DNA of 64,000 nucleotides from Emiliania huxleyi CCMP1516. Its lineage: Eukaryota. The DNA is taken from NCBI RefSeq assembly GCF_000372725.1, contig NW_005202176.1, positions 42,240 through 106,239 of the forward strand, given 5' to 3'. Position 1 is the stretch's first letter. Each line of letters begins with the position of its first letter. The position numbers and the translations under genes were made by a program. Under the pieces are notes generated by a model. That model saw nothing but the letters and a program-made list of their open reading frames with translations. It did not search any database and had not been told where the DNA came from. Shown here in pieces: positions 1 to 11,222 of this stretch.

Positions 1-536
<536 letters not shown>

Positions 537-753
537 ACCACCACCACCACCACCACCACCACCACCACCCCCACCACCACCACCACCCCCTCCACCACAT
601 AAAGAGAAAGGAGCGCCCCCGGACAGTGCTCTCTTTCTGCATACAATCTAGCTGAAGTACCCCCCCACTATCGGACAGCGCTCCTTAAGCCCGAAAGAGC
701 TCCTCCTCTCCCCCCAAATCGTGATACATGGAAGTCTTTTCTCGCCGCTCCGT

Positions 754-853
754 NNNNNNNNNNNNNNNNNNNNNNNNNNNNNNNNNNNNNNNNNNNNNNN
801 NNNNNNNNNNNNNNNNNNNNNNNNNNNNNNNNNNNNNNNNNNNNNNNNNNNNN
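754..853. other. Assembly gap (100 N); further gaps at 2070-2169 and 12561-12660
   Basis: Runs of n. Confidence 1.
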
Positions 854-1054
854 TTCGTCACATAATTACCACGCGTTGGACCTTTGCGAGAGATGGCGAG
901 CGGAGCAAGAGCGGTGTAGGCGCGTCCACGCGGCGCAGCGGCTCTCCCGCGATCATAGCCCCTCCCGCAGCCGCAGCCGTAGCCGCAGCCCCAACTCTTG
1001 CTGCTCTTCTAGTGTCGGGTAGTGACCAGGAGTGAGGGGACGGATTGAAGATCC

Positions 1055-1143
1055 CTCACACCAAGATCGTGCAGGGCGGGGACACATGTCCCTAAATCCC
1101 ATCTCGTCTCAGAGTTTGCCCGTTTTATTTATTTATTTATTTA
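1055..1143 (+). mobile_element. Diverged 3' terminus of an element related to the 45206-49011 insertion
   Basis: caagatcgtgcagggcggggacacatgtccctaaatcccatctc..agag..tgcccgttttatttatttattta aligns by eye with 48938-49011 aaagatcgcaagggcggggacctgttcctttttacccatctc..agaggtgtccgttctatttatttattta. Confidence 0.7.
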
Positions 1144-1333
1144 CCACGCGTGACGAACGGAATCGAAACAAGCAGCACAAGCAGCGACAATGGGCCCCGC
1201 GCACGCGTTGCGACCGCAGATTTTTTACCATTCTCTCAGCGCAAGAACTGAGCACAAGAACGCGACAACGCACCATTCTCTCAGAGCAAGACAAACTGCC
1301 TCTATCAAAAAAGGATAGAGTACAATGCGTCAT

Positions 1334-1397
1334 GCGAGACGATCGAGGGGTCCCGTACCATGCGGAATCGAACCTATCCAGTGCTCAAGTGCTCAAG
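1334..1397 (+). mobile_element. 3' end of SINE/LINE-like family A (inside the duplicated block)
   Basis: Identical to 26-89. Confidence 0.65.
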
Positions 1398-1441
1398 AGA
1401 GAGAGAGGGGGGGGGGGGGGGAGGGAGGGAGGGAGGGAGGG

Positions 1442-1548
<107 letters not shown>

Positions 1549-1680
1549 TTTGTTGTTGTGTGAGGATCACAAACAAATAAAACGGACCCCCCCCACGGGT
1601 GGGAGAAGTTTCATGCTGCAGCCTGGTCTCTGGCAGCAACCAGCATCCGTCTCTGTCCCCCCCTCTCGCGATCTCGAAAA

Positions 1681-1819
<139 letters not shown>

Positions 1820-2169
1820 ACAACACACACACACACTCACAGAGATACAAGCACCACCACCAACAGATCTACTATGGAGATCGGAGATGCGCATGTTATC
1901 TTTTGCGTTTTCTTCTAAGGAGAGAGGAGCCTCCCCTCACTCGTTTCTTTTTTTGTATAAAAACCCTCATTGATTTCCCCCCCAAGTGACTGGATGCCGT
2001 TCTTCTTACCAACAATGAAGTCGCCCTCCCTTGGTCTCAAAATTGCGGATTAGAGAATATCATTTTTTTNNNNNNNNNNNNNNNNNNNNNNNNNNNNNNN
2101 NNNNNNNNNNNNNNNNNNNNNNNNNNNNNNNNNNNNNNNNNNNNNNNNNNNNNNNNNNNNNNNNNNNNN

Positions 2170-3498
2170 ATCTCCTTCCGCTGGGTGCCCGACGACCACA
2201 ATACTGCGGTGCAGTACTGGTTTCACGCGGTCACGGGAGCGCTCGCCACCGAGGGAATTTACAGGGGCGGCTGGCGCGCCGCCACGGTGGCCTACGTCAT
2301 CATCCTGCTCCCCATCGCCGAGCACATCGTCGGCACCGATCGCCGCTCTCCTCCGCCAAAGGACGAGCTCAACTCCAAGAGCTTCCGCTTTGCCTCGCTC
2401 GCACAGCCCGTCCTCCAGCTCCTCTGGCTCGCCTGGTCGCTGCTGATCGTCGCCTTCGGGAACGACGGCTACGACGGCGTGAAGAAGCTGTCGACGATGG
2501 AGGTCGTCCTGGGTGGGATCTCCTTCGGCGTCTACTCGGGCGCCTTCGGCATCACCTACGCGCACGAGCTGTGCCACCGCCACGCCAAGCTCGACCGACT
2601 GCTCGGCATCCTCAACCTTGTCTGCGTCTTCTACCCGCACTTCAACATCGAACACAACAAGGGGCACCACAAGATGGTCGCCACGGAGGAGGACCCCGCG
2701 ACGGCTCGCGCCGGTGAGTCCTTCTACCACTTCCTCCCGCGCGTCGTGATCGGCGAGCTGCGCTCCGCCGTCGAGCTGGAGGGAAAGCGGCTCGCAAAGG
2801 CCGGCGTACCGTTTCTGCACCCCACGAACGAGCTGCTCCAGCTCTTCTCCCTGTCGATTGCGATGGCGGCGGGCGTTGGCCTCGGCCTCGGCGGCCAGGC
2901 GCTCGCCTTCTTCCTGATCCAGGCCGGCACCGCGGTGCTGCTCTTCGAGTCGGTCAACTATCTGGAACACTACGGCCTCGAGCGGCGCCAGTACACGAGC
3001 GACCCGTCGCTTCCAGTCGAGTGGCGCTACGCGAAGATCGGCCTGCGCCACGCGTGGGACTCGCCGACGCGGCTGGGCAACACGATCCTGCTCAAGCTTC
3101 AGCGGCACGCCGACCACCACAACCACGCGGGGAAGCGGTACCAGCAGCTCACGACGTCGGACGCGAGCCCGCAGCTGCCGGGCGGCTACGCGACGATGAT
3201 TGCGATCGCGCTCGTGCCGCCGCTGTGGTTCGCCGTCATGGACCCGCGGCTGCTGGAGCACCGCCGCAGCATGCCGCGGCAGCATTACCGACACTGGCCG
3301 CGCGGCGTGACGCCGCCGCCGCCGACCTTGGGCGACACCGGCATCAAGGGAGCCGCGTCGCTGGTCATCGCCGGCCAGCGCTGGGTCCGCCCCAGCGTCC
3401 GCATCTCGAATCAGAGCCGGCTGTCGTGCAATGTGTGCCTGGACCCGGAGCGGTGCTCGCACGCGGACATGGCGCCCCAGTGCGACGAGTGCGAGTAG
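2170..3498 (+). CDS. alkB: Alkane 1-monooxygenase (AlkB)-like membrane diiron hydroxylase, 5' end lost in gap
   Basis: His boxes AHELCH, EHNKGHH, NYLEHYGL (HYG motif) and LQRHADHH; EDPATAR.GES.Y.F and PQLP.GY motifs; hydrophobic TM segments; no introns seen. Confidence 0.9.
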   Translation: MSFRWVPDDHNTAVQYWFHAVTGALATEGIYRGGWRAATVAYVIILLPIAEHIVGTDRRSPPPKDELNSKSFRFASLAQPVLQLLWLAWSLLIVAFGNDGYDGVKKLSTMEVVLGGISFGVYSGAFGITYAHELCHRHAKLDRLLGILNLVCVFYPHFNIEHNKGHHKMVATEEDPATARAGESFYHFLPRVVIGELRSAVELEGKRLAKAGVPFLHPTNELLQLFSLSIAMAAGVGLGLGGQALAFFLIQAGTAVLLFESVNYLEHYGLERRQYTSDPSLPVEWRYAKIGLRHAWDSPTRLGNTILLKLQRHADHHNHAGKRYQQLTTSDASPQLPGGYATMIAIALVPPLWFAVMDPRLLEHRRSMPRQHYRHWPRGVTPPPPTLGDTGIKGAASLVIAGQRWVRPSVRISNQSRLSCNVCLDPERCSHADMAPQCDECE

Positions 3499-3824
3499 CT
3501 TGGCGAACGCCATTAGGACGTTGGTGTTGTTCATACAGTGAGTGGTGGGTAGCTCCCGCGTGAGGTGACTCCAGGGTGACGATTCGAGTTGTATTATTTT
3601 GTGTGTATATACTCGACAACGAAACAACGACACAAGTGCGTAGTACGTAGCGGATAGCGTACGTGGAATGAGCAGAGAGGGGTATGGTAAATTACTCGAG
3701 TGCCCTTCGAGGTGTTTCTTCACAATTCTGTTACCCGGCACGCCGCCAATACGTAAGAATTCTTTTCTCGTGGCTTGCCTGTGATAGTGCTAGCACGCGC
3801 CAGTCCGCACCTGTGTCGAGCCTA

Positions 3825-4025
3825 AAAGAAAGAAAGAAAACGGACAACCCAAGGGAGGGATGGGAGGACGGCACGCCGCCACCACACAGGGATTTTAAGG
3901 AGAGGGGTGTGGTGCGCTAGCCGTCGCCCACCCTTGGGCGTCCGCCTCTTCCTATCTCTCTTCGCAGTCTCTCGCCGATTCTCGCTGCAACCTTCATGCC
4001 ACCTCGCGGTCGTCCCACTCTCGTC
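3825..4025 (+). repeat. Hairpin repeat copy A (core 3848-3938) plus ~90-nt extension shared with copy D
   Basis: Pairings cccaaggg/cccttggg, tggg/ccca, gacggc/gccgtc, caccacac/gtgtggtg; three further copies in the window. Confidence 0.85.
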
Positions 4026-4770
4026 TTTCTTTCCCTTGTCTCTTCTTTGTCGCGGGGGAAGGTGACTGCACCAAAACCCGCGAAGAATTGAGAAGGGAAC
4101 TTGAGATTGGCCTGCGCCGCATTTAGTTATGGTGTCCAGTGGCCGAATTGTGTCGGCGGGCCGAGTGTCGTTTCGCCTCTGTCGCTGGTCCGGGGATCTG
4201 GTCAGCGTGGTTGTGGGAGAGCCCCGCAATCGGCCTGCGCGGCGCGCGCGGGTCCAACACCGAGCACCACGAGCTCTCCGTCATCGCCGCCGCCCTGGCG
4301 GCGGCGGCGGCCCGCCAGCGGGCCGCCGCCGGGGACGTTGGGGACCCCGCCGCAAACCCCGTGCACCACCCTTCCAGCGGGCGAGTCACCTGGCCCCGCG
4401 CGGCCGAGCAATCAGCGCCTTTGAGCGCGGCCGCGCGCACCGCCAGCAGGGAGACCGGCGGGCCGCTCTACGGCGCGGCGACCCCCGGTGGCGGCGGCCG
4501 ACCTCACCCTCACCCCGAGGCCGGCCCCCGCCGTGCGCCTCCCGCACCCCTCGGGCCTCAGTGCCACCATTCCGGCAACCCGCCCCGCGACATTCTTCTT
4601 CTGTCGCGTCGCTCTCCTCTGCCTCGTTCTGCGACGCCGCCGCCGCCTGCCGGTCCCTTGTTCTCGCTGCTTCTTGCGCCTTTCGGCGCAGCTCCGCCCT
4701 CCTCGCTGCATATCCTGGCCCCTCGAGTCTAGCCTGGGCTCCTTAATTCTTTTCTCCGAGCTGCACCTAC

Positions 4771-6852
4771 AATGGGGCGACGGAGGGCGGCGGCGACGTC
4801 CCCGCAAGCATTCAGAAGGCCGCCAAGGATGGCCAAGCGGGAGCGGTGCTGGCGTGGCTCGACGGCGGCGGGTGGGTCGACGCGACGTTCGAGTACACCT
4901 TTTCGGATGGCTCTCGCGCGAGCGGCATGACGCTGCTGATGATCGCGATGGCCAATGGCCACGAGGAGCTGGCCGAGGCGCTTCTGCGGCGCGGCGCAGA
5001 TGTCTCTTTGCAGAAGAGCGACGGTGGCACCGCGCTGAGCCTCGCCGCCTTGAACGGCCACGAGAACCTGGTCGAGCTGGCTTTGCGGCACGGCGCGGAG
5101 ATCGACCAGAAGCAGAACAACGGCGGCACTGCGCTGATGGACGCCGCCTACAAAGGCCACGAGTGGATTGTCGACACGCTGATCCGGCACGGCGCAGAGA
5201 TCAACCTGCAGACCAGCAACGGTGGCACCGCACTGATGGCCGCCGCCCTCGGCAACCGTCCCGCCGTGGTGCGTCAGCTGCTGCGGGCGGGCGCAGACAT
5301 GACCTTGCGCTCGAGCGGCAGGACGGCGCTGCAGATCGCCACGAAGGACGGCCACGCCGAGTGCGTCGAGGCTTTCAGGACGTATCTCGGGGAGGTGGCG
5401 GGCCGGCGCGAGGCGCCGTCGGCTGAGGCGAGCGGCGCAGGGGCGGGCGGCGCACCCGCAGGCGAGGCGGAGGCGGGCGCCAGTGCCGTGGCCTCTGCTT
5501 TGAGCGGCGAGGGTGGCGCAGAGGCCGCGCCGGGCAGTGGGGCGGTGCCAAAGGAGGTTGTGCTTGCGGCTCGGCGAGGCGAAGAGGAGCCGGTGCTGGC
5601 GTGGCTCGACGGCGGCGGGTGGGTCGACACGACGTTCGAGTACACCTTTGCTTGCGGCACTCGCGTGAGCGGCATGACGCTGCTGATGATCGCAATGATC
5701 AAAGGCCACGAGGGGCTGGCCGAGGCGCTTCTGCGGCGCGGGGCAGATGTCTCGTTGCAGAAGAGCGACGGCAGCACTGCGCTGATTCTCGCTGCCACGA
5801 ACGGCCGCGAGAAGATGGTCGAGCTGGCATTGCGGCACGGCGCGGAGATCGATCAGAGAAGCACGATCGGCGTCACTGCGCTGATGGCCGCCGCCTGCGA
5901 AGGCCACGAGCGGGTGGTCGACACGCTGACCCGGCACGGCGCGGAGATCAACCTGCAGACCAACGACGGCGACACCGCACTGATGTTTGCCGCCTTCTAC
6001 GGCCATCCCGCCGTCGTGCGTCAGCTGCTACGGGCGGGCGCTGACATGACGCTGTGCGCTAAGAAGTGCAAGACCGCGCTGCAGTACGCCAAGCAACAGG
6101 GCCACACCGAGTGCGTGCGCGCCCTCGAGGAGCATGCGGCGGCCAAGGCGGCGGCCGAGAAGGCGGCAGAGGAGGCGGCGTGGGCTGCGGGCGCGGCGGA
6201 GAGGGAGGCGCAGAGGGCGGCGGAGGAGAAGGAGGCGGCGCGGCACGCCGAGGAGCTGCTGGCGGAGGTCGAGGCGGAGAAGCGCGCCAAGGGCAAGAAG
6301 GGCAAGAAGAAGAAGAAGAAGGGCGGAGGGGCGGGCGCGGCTGGGCCGTCGCAGGAGTCCGAGGCGCCGGCAGAGGGTGATGAGGCGCCGTCGGAGGCAG
6401 ACGCAGCTGAGGCCGCAAAGAAGGCCGAGGAGGAGAGAATGATGAGGCTTCTCGAGAAGTGTCACGAGGAGAGGATCCGGTTCGGCATCACGGCGGAGAG
6501 CCAGGCAGCGGCGTCGGCAGCGGTGGCCGAGGCGATGCGCTTGGACGCAGAGGCGGACGAGGCGGAGGAGGAGGCAGAGGCGGACAAGGAGAAGGAGGAG
6601 GCGGCCGTGGCGGCGCTGGCGGCTGCCGAGGTGGCGAGGGCGGAGGCCAGGGCGGCGCATGCGGAGGCCAGGGCGGCGCTAGAGGCGGCGGCGGCGGCAC
6701 TGAGCGGGACCGGGTCGGCGCTGGAGGGGAGCGAGACAGCGCTCGAGGAGGCGGCGGCGGCTGCGGAGGCGAGGGGTGCCGCTGCGGCCGCGTCGATGGC
6801 CAGGGCGGTTGCAGCTAGGATGGCGGCGGATGCGGCCCAGGAGCGCCCGTGA
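4771..6852 (+). CDS. Ankyrin-repeat protein with two tandem ~190-aa ankyrin modules and an Ala/Glu/Lys-rich coiled tail; start codon uncertain
   Basis: Repeated G.TAL..AA..G...V..L...GA.I motifs; intronless; the ATG at 4772 is out of frame with the ankyrin ORF and the first in-frame ATG is 4927 (frameshift or sequencing error possible). Confidence 0.85.
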   Translation, partial: NGATEGGGDVPASIQKAAKDGQAGAVLAWLDGGGWVDATFEYTFSDGSRASGMTLLMIAMANGHEELAEALLRRGADVSLQKSDGGTALSLAALNGHENLVELALRHGAEIDQKQNNGGTALMDAAYKGHEWIVDTLIRHGAEINLQTSNGGTALMAAALGNRPAVVRQLLRAGADMTLRSSGRTALQIATKDGHAECVEAFRTYLGEVAGRREAPSAEASGAGAGGAPAGEAEAGASAVASALSGEGGAEAAPGSGAVPKEVVLAARRGEEEPVLAWLDGGGWVDTTFEYTFACGTRVSGMTLLMIAMIKGHEGLAEALLRRGADVSLQKSDGSTALILAATNGREKMVELALRHGAEIDQRSTIGVTALMAAACEGHERVVDTLTRHGAEINLQTNDGDTALMFAAFYGHPAVVRQLLRAGADMTLCAKKCKTALQYAKQQGHTECVRALEEHAAAKAAAEKAAEEAAWAAGAAEREAQRAAEEKEAARHAEELLAEVEAEKRAKGKKGKKKKKKGGGAGAAGPSQESEAPAEGDEAPSEADAAEAAKKAEEERMMRLLEKCHEERIRFGITAESQAAASAAVAEAMRLDAEADEAEEEAEADKEKEEAAVAALAAAEVARAEARAAHAEARAALEAAAAALSGTGSALEGSETALEEAAAAAEARGAAAAASMARAVAARMAADAAQERP

Positions 6853-7139
6853 GAGGCCACGGTGCGACTCTCGAAATGTCTTGTGCATCGATCTTGTGCG
6901 CGAGCGCGGCCTCGGCGCGGGCGCGGGTGGGGTCCCGGTCTTTTTTAGAGGTGGAAGTCTCCCTGCGTCCCCCACTGTGTGAGGTCTTTTTTAGAGGTGG
7001 AACCCTCGCCTGCGTTTCGGAAACTAAGGCGCGTGTACTGTATACCGTGAGAGAGAAGGCGCCGAATTCTTTTTGTGCGCGCCAGTCCCGTGCCCGGTGT
7101 AAAGAAAGAGAGAAAACAGACAACCCAAAAAAGAAAGAA

Positions 7140-7286
7140 AGAAAACAGACAACCCAAGGGACAACCCAGAAAGAAAGAAAGAAAGAAAACACACAAGCCA
7201 AGGGAGGGATGGGAGAACGGCACGCCGCCACCACACAGGGATTTTAAGGAGAGGAGTGTGGTGCGCTAGCCGTCGCCCACCCTGGG
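7140..7286 (+). repeat. Hairpin repeat copy B (core 7197-7286) with GAAA-rich leader
   Basis: Near-identical to 3848-3935. Confidence 0.85.
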
Positions 7287-7369
7287 TCCCAAGGGAGCGA
7301 TGGAATTTGTGTAAATTCTTTTTGCCGGCGTGGAATTCTCCGAGTTGTTGCTGCTCCGGCCGCTCGAAG

Positions 7370-8844
7370 ATGCTCCTCACTGTGGCGTCCACGTCTGTCC
7401 GCGCGAGCGGCCCACGCATGGCTGTCGGCACGCCCACGATCACCGCTCCGGGCGCGCCCACGGCGCGGGACGAGGCCATGTTCATGGCCGACCCGCGAGG
7501 CTTTTGCGCCGCGCGGATCAGCGAGGTTGGCCCGGTCTTTGCCACGGGCGCGTTCGGCGGCGCCGTGTTTGTCGGCGGCGCCGAGGCTGTGGAGAGCGTA
7601 TGTGCGGCGGGCACGCCAATCGCCAGCGGCGGGCAGCGCCAGCCGCTCGAGCTCGCGCCGTTTGCGCCTCTGCTGGCGTCGGCCGGTGGCGACTGGCGAG
7701 GCGCCTACGAGTCGCTGTGCGCCGCCGGGTTTCACGAGGAGCTGTACGCGGGCCTCTTTGCCTGGGTGCCAAAGTTCAAGGAGACGGGCGGCTTCTCGAC
7801 CTTCCGCTTCGAGGACTTCATCGACCCGCGCGTGAGGAAGGCGCTGCCCGGCGCGCGGAGGCTGCTCTTCCGCGCGACGGCGCCGTCGCTGCTCGGGAGC
7901 ACGCTGGAGGCGCTGCCGCCGCGCGAGGGCCTCTCGACCGTCCGCGAGTGGGGAAAGGCGTACGCGGCGCTCGCTTCGGACCGGCTCGCCCCGGCCAGCC
8001 GGCTGAGCCTGCTGGGCCAGGCAGCCGGGCTCAGCTTGCCTGCTAGGTTGCCGGGGCTGGGCGGCGGGGGCGGGGGAGAGAAGGGGGCGCTGCTCGCCGC
8101 TGCTCTCGGGGAGGGTCGGCTGGCCGATGCGCTCGACGCCGTCGAGCCGACCGCCGCCCTCGTCACCTCGATGCTTGCGATGGCGGAGCGGCAGGGCGGC
8201 TGGTCTGCGAGGCTCGCGGCGGAGCAAAAGGCGGCGCTGACGGGGGCAGGGCCGGAGGCGCCCATCGACGCGGCGGTGCTCGACGAGATGCCGCTGCTGC
8301 ACGCGTTTGCCCTCGAGACGCTGCGCACGCAGCCGCCCACGCGGCCGCAGCGGCTCAGGCTCGAGCGAGACACGGCCGCCCCACGCTCTCTCTCTGTAGC
8401 GTCCGGCTCGAGAGCATCTCCCAACCCTCACCGGCCCGTGGATAGGCTGCGGGAGGCGTCTCTCTGCCCGCCGGCACCGTCGTCGCCGCCGAGCCCTTCG
8501 TCGGCCACTTCCTGCCCGCGGACTACGCCTCGCCCGACTCGTTCGACCCCGAGCGCTTCCTCGGTGCGGGAGGCGGACCTCCGCCAAGCCTCGGCCTGTG
8601 CGGCCCGGCGGGCGAGGCGGGCGAGGCGAGCCGGCAGCTGGCGCTCGCCGTCGCCAAGGCGACCTTTGTGCAGCTGCGGCGCATGTTCGAGATCGGCGTG
8701 GCGCTCGACGCGCCGCCGCCGGGCGGCTACCCGCTCCACGCCCTGCCAGACAGCGTCGACCTCAAGGCTGTCGCAAACATGTACTATGAGCTGCAGAGGG
8801 GGGCGGCCAAGACGTCTTCGGGCCTCTTCTACGAGAAGGACTGA
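7370..8844 (+). CDS. Cytochrome P450-fold protein (CYP120/CYP26-like N-terminus) with atypical heme-binding region; one GC-AG intron 8375-8445
   Basis: DPRGFCAARISEVGPVF start, LDEMPLLHAFALETLR (ExxR); after splicing GVSLPAGTVV and FDPERF; ends ..GLFYEKD* at 8844. Confidence 0.75.
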
Positions 8845-9367
8845 CGCGAGGCGGAGAGGCGCGGGGCGGAGGGGCGGGAAGGGGCATGCCGGCGGAGCCA
8901 CTTGCGGGCGCGCTCGAGCCGGAGCGCGGAGGGTGTGGTGGGATTGGGGGAGAGAAACTAAATGCAGCATGTTTGTTGTGGAGCGCGCGTCTCACGTGTG
9001 TGATGATCGTTTGAGGAGATGACTGTGTGAGTTAGGGCGCGGCGTTTGAATATTGCGCAGGCGACAGGCGGCGGTGAAGGCTGAAGCGTGAAGAGAGCCC
9101 GCGGACGCGAGAGACCGTTTTCGTTTACGAAAAGGAGTTGTCTGATAAAGCCGCGTCTGTCCGTCTCCACCACTCCAGCGCGCGGACCGAGGTGCCGCGT
9201 GCCGGCCGACCGCTGACACCCCGGGGGGCGCACGCGACTCTCACTCTCTCCCGCGCAACACGACCCGCAAAATCGCTGTTGAACTACGCGAGCTGCCTCA
9301 GAGTTTCCATCGCTGCCCAGCCATGCGCCCGAGGACCCAGCCGCCGCCTCAGGGCCTGGGAGAAGCT

Positions 9368-9997
9368 CTATGCGCCTGCGGGCCGCCCTGACGCCTTGTC
9401 CTCGGGAGGGGTCCAACCGACGTACTCTTGCATCGCGTCCCGGCTGGCGCGGAGCGCGATCCGCAGCGTCTCTCCCGTCTCCGTCTTGCGGCTCCTCAGC
9501 CGGCGCGCCTCCTCCGCAGGGATGACGCGAGCCTCGCACTCCTCGTGCCGGTCCGCGACAGGGCCCGCCTCTGCGGGCGGCCACACCTTAGCCACGGCCG
9601 TGCCCACCAGTTTGTCCCGAGGAACTGCGCCGTAGTGCGTGCTATCATTCGAGTTGGAGGCGTTGTCACCCTCCACCCAGACGTGCGCAGTCGGCACCCT
9701 CACCAACCTCCCGTCCCTCGCATACAGCCAGTCTCGCTCGAGGCCGACTACGCGCTTGGTGAGCAGATCATCCTCGCAGCCCTCCTCTGGCGAGCGGAGT
9801 ACCACGACGTCGCCCCGATCCTCCTCCGCGGTGGCCGATCGCGCCTCGACGAGGATGCTGCTTCCCGGCTTGAAGGTCGGGTCCATCGAAGTGCCTGCGA
9901 CCGTTGCTGTCCGCAAGTTTCTGCTGGCGATATAGGCGGCGGCGGCGACCGATCCCGCGGCGGCGGCCGTTGTCACCAGTCGGCTCGACGAGGGCAT
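9368..9997 (-). CDS. Mitochondrial inner membrane peptidase Imp1/Imp2 (S26 family)
   Basis: GTSMDPT (catalytic Ser), KRVVGL (catalytic Lys), VWVEGDN...SNDS..YGAVP. Confidence 0.9.
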   Translation of the reverse strand: MPSSSRLVTTAAAAGSVAAAAYIASRNLRTATVAGTSMDPTFKPGSSILVEARSATAEEDRGDVVVLRSPEEGCEDDLLTKRVVGLERDWLYARDGRLVRVPTAHVWVEGDNASNSNDSTHYGAVPRDKLVGTAVAKVWPPAEAGPVADRHEECEARVIPAEEARRLRSRKTETGETLRIALRASRDAMQEYVGWTPPEDKASGRPAGA

Positions 9998-11222
9998 TGA
10001 CAAATGGTTGTTGCGCGTTGCGGTAGAGTGAGCTTCGGCAGCCGCTCATGAAAAGAAAAGGCAGCTTAAGAATTTTGACTCCGGCTTGGGGTGCCTGTTT
10101 TATTTCTTTTCTTTGCAGAAGCCGACACTAGAGAAAAATAAACGAGATCCACGTGGAGCAAAAAAACAAATCTGTGAGTCAGGGGACAGGAGGGCCATGT
10201 CGTCCCATGACGTCCGGCCTTCTTGCTTCTGTCGGGGTCGGCCTCCACAACACCGCAAGTCGATTCCACACAGAAGGTGGCTCATCATGCTGCCGCCGCC
10301 ACGGCTGCCACCTCAGCCTCAAGAGCTCTGAGCTTCGGCAGCAGCTCGGGGCATGAAAAAGAATTCTGTGGCGCGGACGCGACGACCTGGCGTTGCCGTC
10401 GCGGAGGGCTCGGGCTCGAGTGAGCGCCGCCGGCGACGCGTCGTTGCGGCCGTGGCCGCGCGAGCCAGTTGCATCGACGGGCTGCTTACGGGCGGGGGGG
10501 GCGCCAATGAGGCGCTTGCCCGTCGGTCGGCAATCCATCCGTGTTGAGCTCTGCGGGCATTTGTGGTGGTGGGGCAGACCGCTCTCCTCGGCCAAGAGTA
10601 GACGTGCGCGAGAATTAATCTTAGGAGTGGGTTACACTACAGAAATAAATGTCTACGTTGAACGATAAAGGAACGAAAGAAAACGCTCATCGGATGCGAA
10701 ATGTATGCTAGAGGCCTCAGCTTCCCTCTGAAGACTGCTCCCAAACAAAGACCTTTGCTGCCGCCTTCCCCAGGGCCGCAACCAGCCGCAACCAGCGCCC
10801 CGGCGGTGACCTCCAGTCACCTGAGCACTGTAGCCGAGCGCTCAAGCGAAGTAGTCGGCTTGATCTCATGTCTCAGCGTGTGTCGGCCCTCCGCGGACAG
10901 CAATGCGATTGCACCCGGTGAAGTGCACATCAGCAGCCGTGTGTTCGGTCATCAACCGCTTTGTATCATTGACCTTGGTACACGGGACGAATACATGCAG
11001 CAGTGCGCGCGTCGGCAGCGCCAGGCGAGCACACTGCTGCACGTTGAACCGGCGGCGACCCCAAAAGAAGACTCGGCGACTTTCGTCGGCACGCTGGTAG
11101 TGACCAGACGGCGCCATCGGCAGTGAGGGCGAGGCTGTAGTACACAGCCGACAGAGCGACGACGCGCGCCGCCATGGTAGTGGGGGGGGGTGGAGGGGAT
11201 TGACTCATTTTTTACGGGGTTA

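Noticed and set aside
3848..3938. Hairpin repeat as a hammerhead ribozyme or LTR
   Set aside because: No CUGAnGA/GAAA core in the fold; no TG...CA ends, PBS/PPT or TSD found
10701..11126. 141-aa ORF beside the Harbinger element
   Set aside because: No recognisable motif and non-host codon pattern; cannot be supported as a gene
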